A stretch of 64,000 nucleotides of DNA from the human T2T-CHM13v2.0 reference genome, Homo sapiens. Shown piece after piece: positions 1-17,135 of the stretch (position 1 is its first letter; every line of letters starts with the position of its first letter). A program made the position numbers and the translations under genes. Where the stretch lies: NCBI RefSeq assembly GCF_009914755.1, contig NC_060926.1. The stretch is one strand, 5' to 3'. The notes beneath the pieces were generated by a model. That model saw nothing but the letters and a program-made list of their open reading frames with translations. It had not been told where the DNA came from and searched no databases.

Positions 1-153
1 GGCTGCCACTGATAGCTGTTGGCTAAATGCAGGTGGGTGAGAGACAAACCCTGCCTGCTCACTTGCCCTAACCTGCTCCTCTCTGCCTAAACTTGGGCTT
101 CACAACACTCTTCTCTCAACTTGTACTGAGCAAGTGGCTAGTGGAGAAAGAAA

Positions 154-544
154 GTATCTTAGCCTGTAACAGAATACCACATACAGGTGGTTTATTTTAA
201 AAAGAAAACAAAAAAAATTATTTCTTACAGCTCTGAAGGCTGGGAAGTCCAAGGTCAAGGAGACTGCATCTGGCAAGGACTTTCTTGCTGCGTCATCCCA
301 TGGGGGAAGGTAGAAGGACAAAAGAGCAGGAGGGAGCAATAGAGAAAGGGGACTGAACTTATCCATTAATCAAGAAACCACTCCCTCAATGATTAACCCA
401 CTCCTAAGGTAACACTATTAATCCATTGATGATGGCAGAGCCCTCATGACCTAATCACCTCCTGAAGGTCCCCCATCCAAACACTGTTGGTGTTGTGAAT
501 TAGGTTTCCAACACACGAACTTTGGACACACTCAAACCACAGCA
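154..544 (-). mobile_element. MaLR solo LTR (MLT1A/MSTD-like)
   Basis: Reverse complement begins TGCTGTGGTTTGAGTGTGTCC; contains typical MaLR text 'ctctgaaggctgggaagtccaaggtcaagg' and 'ccctcatgacctaatcacctcc'. Confidence 0.8.
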
Positions 545-569
545 GTGGGTGAACACTAAAGAGCACCTA

Positions 570-760
570 CACTATTCCTGACACTTGTATTTACATCATC
601 CACTCGTTTAAACCTCCCAACAGCTCTGAGCTAGCTCTCACTACCCTCATTTAGTATATGAGGAAGCTGAGGCACAGAGAAAGGAAGGAGCTTGCCCAAG
701 GACGCAGAGCAAATTAGTGACCAACCTGGGACTCAGACGCTGGTCTGCCTGAGCACATCC
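570..760 (-). mobile_element. MIR SINE fragment
   Basis: MIR core-like 'atgaggaagctgaggcacagaga...cttgcccaagg'. Confidence 0.6.
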
Positions 761-1482
761 CACCAGCCGCCTACCTGGCCATTACGCACTTGACCACTCA
801 CCAAGAAGCTTGTCACACCGTGAGCCCTGTGTCTCTCTCCCCATCATTCTCAGCTCTCTGCCTTCTGCTGACTTGCATCTGCCATATAACCTCTCTCTTC
901 AGAGATGCTCGAGAGTTGTTGTTGTTTTTTTTTTTAAATAAGTGAATCTGGGAATAAAAGGCTGGCGCACAACAATGTATGGCAGTTAAACAACTTCAAG
1001 AGAATGTTTTGGAAGTAACCAAAGGATATTGTGGGCAGACATTTCTGGAGACCCCTGTCCTTTGGATAAATGTGGGTGCGCCATGTCCCCGGCAATGTAA
1101 TGGAATATTTGAAGGCCAGACTGAGGATCTACAACTTCCCACCCTCCTACCCCCACTCTGAGGAGTGTCTTGGCGAGGGGGGCTCCTGGGACCATCTAAC
1201 CTCTAGGGCAAAAGGGTGACGCAGCGTGGTTAATAAATCAGCCTGCCTTGCTCCTGTCCCCAGAGGGTCTGAGGCTGTGTACTCTTCAAAGCAATGGTCT
1301 GGTGACTTCCCAGAAGATTCCTGTGACTGAAGATTGTTCCAAATAAAGTCACTCTCAAGTGGGTTCCTAGGGTGGAGACACCAACCCAGAAGTACCCACA
1401 CTCAGCAGGCTCTCTAGGCAGAGCTCTGAGGGGAGGGCAGAAGGGGAAATGTCTGGGTGGGTTGGTTGGTTGGTTGGTTGGT

Positions 1483-1802
<320 letters not shown>

Positions 1803-2102
1803 TAACAAATGTTGGCAAGGATGTGGACAAATGGGAACCCTTGTGCACTGTTGATGGACATGTAAAATGATGCAACCACCATGGAAAATAGTATGGCTGT
1901 TCCACACAAAAAAAATTAAAAATAAATTCTGCATGAACAAGCAATTCAACTTCTGGGCATATACCCAAAGGAGTTGGAAGCAGGGTCTTGAAGAGGCATT
2001 TTACACCATGTTCATGGCAGTGTTATGCACAATGGCCAGAAGGCAGCAGCCTGAGTGTCTGTTGGTGAACGGGTGGATAAACAAAATGTGGTATGTACAT
2101 AG

Positions 2103-2964
<862 letters not shown>

Positions 2965-3108
2965 CATGCAATAGAATATTATTCAGCTTAAACAGGAAGG
3001 AAATTCTGACACATGCTACAACACGGATGAACTTTGTGGACATTATGCTGAAATATCCCAGTCACTAAAAGACAAAATAGTGTGATTCCACTTATATGAG
3101 GTACCTAG

Positions 3109-3725
3109 AGTAAACCAAAAATAAAATTCTAAGCATCCCCCCATGCCCCTGCAACCATCTGAAAGGGCTTCCTTCTCAGCCAGGGCTCTTTTAAAATTTA
3201 ACCTGAGAGACTGTTTCAGGCCATGATGGAAAGCAGGGGTCAGACATGCCTCATGATACCTCTCCAGCACTGACATCAACACAGACTTTAAGTCTGATAA
3301 GAAACATTTTAAAACCTGTTCCCTCTGAAGCCTACCACTTGAAGGCTTTCTCTGCAAAATAAAAACTTGGGTCTCCATAATCCTTTATCTTAACCCAGAC
3401 ATTTCTTTCCGTTGGTCCCAGGTCTTTAGATAAACTCAGCCAATTGTAAACCAGAAAATTTTTTAACCTACCTATAAGCTGGAAGTCCCCCCGACCCAGT
3501 TTTGAGTTGTCCCACCTTTCTGAACCAAACCAATATATTTCTTAAATGTATTTGATTGATGTCTCATGCCTCTCTAAAATGCATAAAACCAAGCTGCGCC
3601 CCGACCACCTTGGGCACATGTTCTCAGGACCTCCTGAGGGCTGTGTCGGGGGCCACGGTCACTCATATTTGGCTCAGAATAAATCTCTTCAAATATCTTA
3701 CAGAGTTTGATTCTTTTCTTTGACA
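3109..3725 (+). mobile_element. MER4-group (ERV1) solo LTR
   Basis: Starts '(a)gtaaaccaaaaataaaattctaagc', ends 'ttttctttgaca', AATAAA near 3678, 4-bp TSD CTAG at 3105 and 3726. Confidence 0.8.
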
Positions 3726-5861
3726 CTAGAGTAATCAAGTTCATAGAGACAGGAAGTAGAATAGTGGCTGTTAGGGGTTGGGGGAGAGAAGAACAGGGAG
3801 CTGTTGTGTAATGGGTAGAGAGTTTCTGTTTTACAAGATGAAGAGTCCTGGAGATTAGCTGCCCAACAGTGTGAACGTACTTGACACTACCGAACTGTAC
3901 ACTTAGAAATGGCTAAGATGGTAAATTTTATGTTATGTGTATTTTACTACAATGAAAATTTTTTATTTAGAAAGTGTACACATGTATTAAAGTCCTCATC
4001 GCCCCGTTGTTGACCACGTTCCACTTTTTGTTTTGCTGCAATGTGTCTCTTCATCCGCTTCGTATTTATCTGGTGCCAATGTTATTAAGGGTAGAATGAG
4101 ATTCAAATAAACTTTCCTCCAGGGAAACGACAAACCCAAGAAGCAGGCAACTTGCCAGGACAAAAGAATAAAAAAATAAGCAAACAGCCCAGAAGGTGCA
4201 GCCCAGCCCTGCTGGGGGTCATGAGGTGGGTAAGCTGACTCCATGCAAGGGGATCTTGTCTCTCCTTCCTAAACTTCACAGCTGAAGGAAGGTAGAGAGG
4301 GCAAGGTGGACCTTGGACCAGGTTACAGTCCACAGGATGTATTCTCATTGTCCTTCTGGGTTCTAAACGTTTCTCTCCATGAGTCACAAAGGTTAACTGG
4401 CTCTAAAATTTTAAAACCCTCAGGGTTTTCCTTTTTAGATTGTCCTCAGGAGACCTCTCACTGAGTGTTCCCTCCATCCTCATTTCCAACTGGCAGCTGC
4501 TTCTTAGCATGCATGTTTACAGAAATACCAGTAGTTATTGCATGTTCCCTTCCATGTGATTAAGCATTGCCATAAAGCCAGGACTGGATTAGAAATAGAT
4601 CTTCCCCTTCTGAGAAAGCACCCAATGGAGCAAAGCTGGCGGCAGTGATGGACAACTTGTGCCACCTACTGGCCATCGATGGTATCACATGCCCAATGCC
4701 AAAGACTAGACAAGGTTTTGCCACCTGCCAATGAACTGGCCAGAGCCACTGCCTCACCCACTTTGCATGGCAGAGGGTGACTGGGAAATATGACCAACTG
4801 TCCCACACTGGAACCGACCTCCAGGTCTGTGCTCCCTAGCCAAGGTTTCCAATCACCTAGGTTATTATCTGAGGGAACAGCCCCTTGGAGCTCTTGCTCC
4901 AAAAGGGCCTGGAGGAAGGGCATTTCAGGACACAGGGCCATAGATTGTGGCATTATTCTACACGTAAGTTCAGACTTGGGAATGAATGAAATACACTCCA
5001 CTGTGTTATGCAACTTTTGTCACAACATTTTACCTCCTTTGATCCCCCTTAACAGTTATATGAGCTAGGTTCTATTATTATTTTAGAGATGAGGAAACTG
5101 AGGCACAGAGAGGTTCAATCATTGGGTTAAATGCCTTTCCATTGCTACACAGAGGGATATGATGCCTTGACGGGGTACTCACTAGAAAGCGGAGATATAA
5201 CATAATGGTTCTCTTTCATGTTTATTTTTCAAAGCAAACACACCATCATAATGATATCCAAGTGTTCTCTTAACTGTTTGGAAGATCTTGTTTAGAAGCT
5301 TCACAAGCAAATGAACATCCTCAACCTTATAGCCACAGTCTCATTTCTTGGTTCATTTCAGTGAATATGGATTGACCACCTTCCGGGTTCCAGATAGAAT
5401 GGCAAGTGGGGAGTACGCCATCACCTACCCTGCGGGGCTATTTCTCAACTATAAGGTAACTTGAAATCATGAGACTCTGCCACCACTGAGGCTGTTCATG
5501 TTCTGTAGCCCATTCACAGAAGTTTCACCAGTAATAGGAGCAAGTACATAAAAACCCCAAATGTGACCACTTCAAACAGGATTACACCCATGAAAATGCA
5601 TGTCTTGATAGGTTCATTTTTTAAAAAATCAGTGGTGTCCTGTTTAGAATCCCACCTGAAATTTAGGAAAAGAACCTTCCCTGAGACAGGCTCACCTCCT
5701 TATTATAAGAAGGGCAGCCTCAGCTTGGCAGGAAGCAGTGCCTCATTGACTCCTCCTCACGTGGCCAACCTGACTGACAGGGAGCCCAATGTGCCGTCAA
5801 CCGGCAATGAGCTGGGGAGACACCAGAGCAGAACCCAGGCTTCAAGAGAGAAGCAGGAGGC

Positions 5862-6213
<352 letters not shown>

Positions 6214-7469
6214 TCAGAGTTTGCCTGGGGGCTGCAGCCTGCCTATGGCAAAAATTAACAAATAATACCTGCATGCATTTATTGAGGACTTTACATCCAT
6301 CAGAACTCTCTGGTTCCATTTTCATATTAGGTCTCTGTTGCTTGCCCCAGAAGGCTGTAGGGTGGGGACTGTTACTCCCAGGAGGAGAGTGAGGCAGAAG
6401 GTTTGGGCACTTTGCCCAAGGTTCCAGGCAGAATCAGGATGGAAATTCCATTTCCTGGTGCTGTTGTCAAACAGCCACTGGATATTAAACCCCGCATGAC
6501 AGAAAGAAAGAAGCTTGAGTCTACAGGAAATTGGAAGATGAGACTAATAAAAAGCTCTTAGACATGATCTCCTTCCTGAAAATTTCCTTTCTCTTTGACT
6601 TTTAAAGAAATCTGGAAGTTGGGGGTGACAGGTTGGGAGTGGGACGAAGGAACATCCTCAACCCTCAGGGAGCTGTTTATGTTCTGGGGAGGCAGGAGAG
6701 GGAGGAAGCATAGAAATCTGGAGAGAAGAGAGAAATGTGACCAGGATTGAGGCCCATCTCACCAGCACAGTGACTTTTTTTTTTATTTTGCAAAGCTGGA
6801 TATGGCCTCTCTGAACAAGGTTTGCTTCTATGATTCTGGGACAAATTCTGGAAATGTAAGAGATGGAAATGGTTGTAGGTGGAATTTAATCCAATCCACC
6901 TCACATTCCTCTTGAGGAAACAAAGCTCAGGGAGTTTCGGCCATTTCCCCAGAGTGGTTCCAACCTTGTAACATATATTAAAGGCCTTAACCCCAAGAAC
7001 AATGGGAGCTCATGAAGGCATGTCACAATAGAGACATGATCAGAAGTCAGTCTACTTGGTCACTTTCTACTCCATCGTGCTTCTGCCAAAATTAAGGAAT
7101 GGCTTCTTTCTGAAGTTCAGGTGAAACTGATGATTTATCGGTGCTGCAGAGAGAAAGGCAAGGAAATGAGAAGAATAGATGATAAACTCCCGTGAGAGAA
7201 AAACGACAGTGAGAGGCGAGTGTGAGAGCCAAGTGGCACACATTCCCAGTCACTGTAGCTGACGGCCTGAAAATGACAAGGAAGGCAAATGTCTGGAGAG
7301 GCAGCAAGGGATGGAGGCATGAGTGGAGTTGGGTAAAACCATCCAAAGGAGACTCAGAGCTTCAAGGAGTGTTTCAGAGGAAGCAACGCCCAACAGTACT
7401 GGCATTTGGAGTCTACAGTAAGGATCGAGAACAACCCCACTCCTCAGTATTACCCTCAGTGAACATCTA

Positions 7470-8860
<1,391 letters not shown>

Positions 8861-9174
8861 AACACTAGGAGGTGCCCAGGGGATGTCACAGGATGGCCTC
8901 AGAGGGCTCGTCGCTGACCCCTCCACCCAGGGCGACAATGCCTAACCACCCCTGAAATAAACAAGCCAGCCAAGGGCCTGCATCCTCATGACATGCGCAC
9001 TTCCCACACTTTCCAGTGCTTCTGTTTTATATCAATAAAAATGCACAACGAACACACACACAAACTATCACCTGCGCTTCTCGCAGGTCTCATAAGGAAT
9101 TCATCCCACCCAAGATTTCCACTTCCTGAATAAATTAAGCATGTTTTCTTTGGTGGCTTTTGTTAAAAATCCTG

Positions 9175-9450
9175 AGTATTTATTCACTCATTTATTCACA
9201 AACGATTTATTGGGCACCTAATATGTGTCAGGTACCATTCTGAGCAATTAGAATACCTCATTGAACAAAAGAGATAAAGGTATTTCCTACTGAGGACTTT
9301 ACATTCCAGATCTGGAGGCAGAGATGGCATAGGAAAGGGTGATAAGCGCTATGGAGAAAGAAAAAATAGGATAAAGAGGACTAGAAGTGCTGGTCAGGAA
9401 GGAGGAGTTATGATTGCATTTTACACAGAGTGGTCAGGGAGAAAGAGACG
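9175..9450 (+). mobile_element. L2 3' fragment
   Basis: 'tattcactcatttattcacaaacgatttattgggcacctaatatgtgtcagg' is typical L2 end text; strand call uncertain. Confidence 0.55.
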
Positions 9451-10201
9451 TTGGGTAAAAATAGGGCTCATTTAATGTTGGACTTCTCCCTCTCACTACA
9501 CAGGCGAAGCAAAAGAACAGAAAAGTCCAGAAGCACCTGGAAGATTCCATCCACAAGATTTATGATGGACTCATCCACAAAACTGGGCACAAAACTCAGG
9601 AAGGGGGACCAGAAAGCTCTCCAAGATGCAAACCTGACTTTGCGACAAAACACGACAATGATGAAATAGGAAACCTGCACACAAAGTCTCCAAAGGTCAG
9701 GGTTTTAAGCGGCCTTAACCAAAGCTGGACAAACAACACACGATCAAGCAAAAACTCTACAAGTGGTGACAAGCCTCAAATCACAGAAACTTACCAAGTA
9801 AGCCAAACAGATGACAGCAAAAGCAGCCTCTGAGTCTCATCCAAATGCAGTGGTGAAGGGAGAGAGACCTGCTGCTCATAGCCAAAGAGGGCGCTGGCAT
9901 GCAACAGAAAAGGAGAAAGCCCTTGGCTTCCTGCTCTCCTGGCTGTTTCTCATGGATATAAAAAGGGAGATTCTGCTTCCAAGGAGAAGCTGCCTCCTCT
10001 CAATGGATTTGTGTCTCCTGACCACATCAGTTCCACTTGGCCAACATCAGAGCTGCCCTGTATGGCCTGTTGAGCACCACAGGGAAAAGTAGTGATGCCC
10101 GAAGACTAGAGATGGAAAGCAGCACCAGATCGCAAAGGGGAAGAAGCCGCACAACAATGAGTAGAAGGTGGAAGGAACTGGCTTCTTCACGATGCTGCTG
10201 A

Positions 10202-10612
<411 letters not shown>

Positions 10613-10808
10613 TAACCATTAGATAGAACTGCACTGGTGGGGGTTATAGACAACAGAATCCCCTCTACCAGGTTTCAGGAGTGAATGATTTATTATAGGA
10701 CAAAGATAGCATGCAGGAGGAGAAAGGTAGCTGAAGACGTGGGCCATGACAGAGAGATGGATGAGACTGTTGCTGAGTTTATTAAGAGGATCATCTCAAA
10801 CATCCTCA

Positions 10809-11504
<696 letters not shown>

Positions 11505-11766
11505 CTAAAGCCTGGGATTTTTTGTCTGAAAATCAACTGCAGACTTTAAATTTCCGGCAGAGAAAGGACTCTCTCGTTCAGCACTTGGTTCTGCTGTGTG
11601 AGAAGCATGCAAATCCCTATGACGCAGCCCTTTGAGACACAGTTTATACTCAATTTCATCAGCACAAGAAAGTTTGGGATGCTTTTCAGATGAGTAAAGG
11701 ACCAGGTGAAGATGCTGACCTTTTTGATATGAAACAACTTAAAAATTCATTTAAGAAAATTCCTCA

Positions 11767-12080
11767 GGCCGGGCGCGGTGGCTCGTGCCTATAATCCCAA
11801 CACTTCAGGAGGCAGAGGCAGGTGGATCACGAGGTCATGAGTTCAAGACCAGCCTGGCCAAGATGGTGAAACCCCGTCTCTACTAAAAAAATACAAAAAT
11901 TAGCCAGGTGCAGTGGCAGGTACCTGTAATCCCAGCTACTCGGGAGGCTGAGGCAGAAGAATCACTTGAACCCAGGGGCGGAGGTTGCAGTGAGCTGAGA
12001 TTACACCACTGCATGCCAGCCTGGGCAACAGAGTGAGACTCCGTCTCAGAAAAAAAAAAAAAAAGAAAGAAAAGAAAAAA
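11767..12080 (+). mobile_element. AluS inserted in the CENPN pseudogene
   Basis: Full dimer; TSD AAGAAAATTCCTCAG (11753) / AAGAAAATTCTGCAG (12081). Confidence 0.93.
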
Positions 12081-13382
12081 AAGAAAATTCTGCAGTAAGC
12101 ATTTACAAATGTGACAGCTTTAGAGACATTGAGGGGAATGCAGTCTGGATTAGAATTGCCTGGGGAACACAGTACACAAATCCAAGTCAGTACATACAAA
12201 CCTACCACCTTTCTTTTTCTCTCCTTCCTTCCTTCCTGCCTGCCTGCCTTTTCCTTCCTTTCTCTTTTTTTCCCAGACTGCATGTGCCTTCACTTTTTCC
12301 TCCAAGCTGAGGTGCAATAGACCGCTTCTGGGTCAGGCACTGATAATTGCTAGCAGACAGCATCAGACTGTGAAAATGGATCTGAGAAGCTGACATCTGG
12401 ACTCCCAAGCCTATTGCTTTTAAACAGTATGATCAGATCTTTGAAGCTGTCACAACTCGACGACACCTCTATAGGAAAGAAGCCTTGGGCTGGATATAAA
12501 TATGGATTCTAGAATTATTCATGAAAACATAGTAGAAAAAGGAAGAGTCCAAGGAATAACTCAAAAAGCTGTTGGGGACGATCCTCAACCACAACTAGAA
12601 TTTGCACAATTGAAGCTTGAAAGGAAATTCAAAAGTGATTTAAATGGGACCATCTTGGCTGAGAAGGAAGAATCCCCTTCAGTGAGTAATAAAGTTCTCT
12701 TGCTCACGTCTTTTGGAAGCAATGAAATCCTTAACCCCCGCCAGCCTTGCAGATAGACCGCTTTCTCCACCACTCACTTGCATATCCAGCAAGGGAATGA
12801 GTTATTTTAAAATTAGAGATAAATGAGACGTGGGTGGTTTTGTATGCACAGGAGCTCCTTCACTGTATGGTACATGCGTTTCAGTTCATGGCTAGCTATA
12901 TGGCTTCTGTTTATACACTAGTACTTTAGAAGTTAACCCTTGGTATTGAAATTTCAGAAATGTTCATGTAATTTTTGGGACTGACTCATTCCTCCATGAT
13001 ATGCCTCCTCTCTCCCATATCTGCTAATTGTCACAGTTGCGAGCACTTGAGATGCAGGATATAGACGTGGCTGCACACTTGACCTTGAGTGCCTGCATGC
13101 TCTGAGGTCAAGCATACGGCGCAGTGCTGGAGACGGTGGGAGTCGTGTCCTGCGTCCTTTCTCCCACTCCTGTCCTCTTTGATCCTGGGGAGGTCTGGTT
13201 CCAATTGCTGCGTTTCCAGAGACTCATTCTTAAGTCTCGGATCACAGAAAGAAGCAACAAGAAACTATATCCAACTCAAAACTTTTTAGGAGAATCATAA
13301 AAGTGGTCCATTCAGAGGGTAGAGTTGGGTCCACTACGTTATTGTTGCAAGAGGCTGCATATTCAGTAAATGGGTTGTGTAA

Positions 13383-13697
<315 letters not shown>

Positions 13698-15550
13698 AAT
13701 AATGTTCTCATTGTTAATATGATACTTTTTATCATCTGTTTTTATCATATGTTACATTAAACTGATAAATAGCAATATTATAACGACTTGTGAAGAGATA
13801 ATGAAAAGCTGATCAAAGAAAAAAAAAAGATAACATACCAAATCGAATGCTGAAGAAAGAGACCCCCAGTGCCATACCATAGATCTAATGCAGTGAGGGG
13901 CAGCCGCTCTGGCCCCATCTGGAGGCAGCTGAATCAGGACGCCTCTGCCACAGCTGTCAGCCCCTGCCCCTGCCCCTCCACCGCAATCTGCCCCAGCCAT
14001 GGGAACTGTTTGGGATCAAAGCCTTGAGTGGGTGCCTATGATCCCTGGACCTAAATCATATGTTTGCACCTCAAAAACAAGGATGGTTGTGAAATGGAAT
14101 ATTTGGAGACTCATTAGAAGGCAGGAGGTACACTGTGGGGAACTATCAAACTGTGAAGAGGGTGCTGAAGATTTGAGGAGCTACAAATGGCAGAGGTCCA
14201 CCACAGCACACTCACTGACTCAGCCAACACATGAAAAAACAAAAGCGAGGTTAAGGTACGCCACCGGAGCGCTGCTGCAGGAGGAATGCGGCACACTGCA
14301 TTCTTGCCTCCTTTGTTGGACAATGGGAGAAAACAATGCGTGGTACTAGAAAAATCAGAAAAGGATGTTGCTGTTCACTGACAAAGTGATTTCCCCGGAG
14401 GGACCCCACCACGACAGCAGCCACATCCATGGGCCACAGCTTGGAAAGTGTCCAGGCCACGCCCTCTGGGGAAATCCTAGCACTCCTCTTGTCTGTCTCT
14501 CCCTCTCAGGGACCACAGCTCTGCGCTGTCTGATGGCAAGAGTTTCGCTTTGTTGTTTTTTTCCTCATCTATTTTGTCCTGTGTTAATTATGTCAGGTGA
14601 AAGGATAAACGCCGTCCCTGCTACTCCATCTCATCTGGAAGCAGAAAAGCAGTGCAATGACCCTAAGAGTCACAGGGAGGATAAGGGTGGCTTTCACCAC
14701 CCCAGCCCAGCCACCTCTGACTCTACCTGGAACCTCTCCTGACCTGCCCCCAACTCTTCCCAAGGAGAGGCTTCCTCCCTCTCTGGTCCTCTCGCAGACC
14801 CCCCGCTGCATTCTGAGCCACTCCTCTTCCCTCAGCTCCCACTCACCTCCCACATCCCCTCCATCCCCCTCACCACGGCCCCACTGCATTTTAGTGTCTG
14901 CTGTGGTTGACCCCAGATGTCTGCACCAGCCTGTCTCATCTGAACACGCTCCCCTCTCCAGCTGCCCATCCATCACTGCCCCCTTCATGCCATACTGAAG
15001 ACAGTGCCTTGTTCATGTGGGTGACATTTATGTATCTGCATAGCGTGGGTTCTTTTTTCTGCTCTGATAAGGACCCAGCATGTAGAAATGGAATTCATTT
15101 CCCATACATAAACTCAGGCACTAACCAGACTGCATGGCCCAATAAATATAATTCAGAATTAGGAGCCGCAGGAGCACAGCCCTTCCTCACTTGACCATCC
15201 TATCACCAAAAGGCCCACCAAGGAGGAAGCCTTACCACACACTCAATCTCTATTGACAGCAATCAAAATGCTTAGCAACTTCTCTAAGAGACTCTAAGAG
15301 AGAAATGGCCCTAGATTAATCAACGACCATACATACATTTAAGCTTCTTAATAAATTGTCCTATAAATTCCACACATTATTTCTAATGAAAAAATTAAAA
15401 TTCCTCATACTTATGTAACCATTTACCAAAACACTCTCCCATAAGTTATGGTGGTAATTCCTCAAAACCGCCATGAAATAGCTAAGCGACTGGCCTTTTT
15501 TACAACAGACATAAACAAATTCCAATGTATTAACAATTTAAGATGGTGAC

Positions 15551-15892
15551 TGATATGGTTTTGCTCTATCTCCACCCAAATCTCATCTTGAATTGTTGCT
15601 CTCACAATCCCCACATGTCATGGGAGGGACCCAGTGGGAGGTAATTGAACCATGGGGGTGGGTTTTTCCCGTGCTGTTCTCGTGATAGTGAATAAGTCTC
15701 ACGAGATCGGATGGTTTCATAAAGGGCAGTTCCCCTGCACACACCATATAAGACGTGCCTTTGCTTCTTCGCCTTCAGCCATGATTGTGAGGGCTCCCCA
15801 GCCATGTGGAATTGTGAGTCTATTAAAACACCTTTATAAATTACCCAGTCTAGGGTGTGTCCTTAGAGCAGCGTGAGAACGGACTAATCACA
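15551..15892 (+). mobile_element. THE1 (MaLR) solo LTR
   Basis: Starts TGATATGGTTT...CACCCAAATCTCATCTTGAATTG, ends 'gtgagaacggactaatcaca'. Confidence 0.9.
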
Positions 15893-16007
15893 GTAATTGT
15901 TAAGCACAAGTCCCTTAAGCACGTATGTCCTTTGATGTGGCGTGCACGTTCAGCATCATTTCTGCCCTGTGGCAAGGATGCTCGCATTTTGCTCTTTAGA
16001 CCTTCTC

Positions 16008-16021
16008 CCACTAGAGGGCGC
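16008..16021 (+). promoter_or_regulatory. Candidate CTCF binding site
   Basis: CCACTAGAGGGCGC matches the CTCF core CCASYAGRKGGCRS, in a locally CpG-retaining patch. Confidence 0.65.
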
Positions 16022-16619
16022 GCTAAGCCAACCTAGGCCGGTCCGATCGCCGCCATCAGTGCCTGACACATACCTGGCAAAGCCTGAGCGGTTTTCAGAC
16101 CCATCATGCATCAGCCAGGCCTCCCACCAACCCCAGGAGTTGCTCCCACACTGTGCAGGGGTTTGGCTGCATTGGCACGGGGACCAAGTATTCCTGAATT
16201 CATATTTGGAGCCCAGTTTTTTATAATTACATCCCGGAACAACGTTATATTTTGATCACCCCTTTCTCCCTAGGCGTTCTCCAGTCCTCAAAGCCCTTCT
16301 ACCTAAAACGAAGGAACACATCCATTTTCCTTTTCTCTCACAGATCTATGAGGGGAAGAGGAATGGAGGGCTGGTAAAGACCACAGCCATGTTCTCTCCG
16401 GGGTGTTCACAGCCATGAACACCCCACCAGGCCTAAGCTGTCACAGAGACAGGCCTTTGTGGTCTAGAAGTCCCCACACAGCCTGCCTGCTGCAGACATT
16501 CCTCAGCTTCCTTTGAGGAAGAAGAGGTAGCCATTTCCAGAGGAGGAAACAAGAAAGAACGGAAGACTCTCTTAGCCCAGAATTCTCTTTCCCAGACCCA
16601 TTCTGCCATAACTCAAATG

Positions 16620-17135
16620 CCACATGGCCCCCAGTAGCCCACACCTCCCACTGCAATGGTCCACGCATCCCAGTTCAAGGATCCATGCCTTCCAGGGCAA
16701 TAACCTGCACCTCCCAGTGCTATGGTCCGCACCTCCCAGGGCAATAGTCCACACCTCCCAGTGCAGTGGCCACACCTCCCAGTGCAGTGGTCCACACCTC
16801 CCAGGGCAATGAGCTGCACCTCCCAGTGCAATGGTCCATGCTTCCTCGTGCAATGGTCCACACCTCTCATTGCAATGATCCACACCTCCCAGGGCAATGA
16901 GCTGCACCTCCCAGCCAATGGTCCACGTCTCCCAGTGCAGTGAGCCATGGTTCCCACCAATGGTCCATGCTTCCCAGTGCCACTGAGCCGTACCTCCCAG
17001 TCCCAATGCTCAATAACTCCCAGTCCTAATGGGCCATGCCTTCCAGTACCAATGGGCCATACCTCCCAGTGCCAATGGCCCATGCCTCCTAATGCCAATG
17101 AGTCACACCTCCCAATGCCAAAATCAGCCACACCT
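16620..17135. repeat. Degenerate minisatellite, 21-24 bp unit (~CACACCTCCCAGTGCAATGGTC)
   Basis: Roughly 23 diverged tandem units visible directly. Confidence 0.9.

Noticed and set aside
3996-4400. Exon-like unique segment with a few CpGs
   Set aside because: No recognisable protein or RNA family and no convincing pair of splice sites.
9878-9897. CTCF-like GCCAAAGAGGGCGCTG
   Set aside because: The 5' half fits the consensus poorly and it probably lies in an old LTR; too weak to call.
13999-15194. Cluster of 95-131 aa ORFs in unique GC-richer sequence
   Set aside because: No recognisable homology, overlapping on both strands, and lengths are what chance gives in such sequence.
16620-17135. 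CRISPR-like array
   Set aside because: Units are contiguous and degenerate with no unique spacers; eukaryotic DNA with no cas genes. The same applies to 49109-49333.
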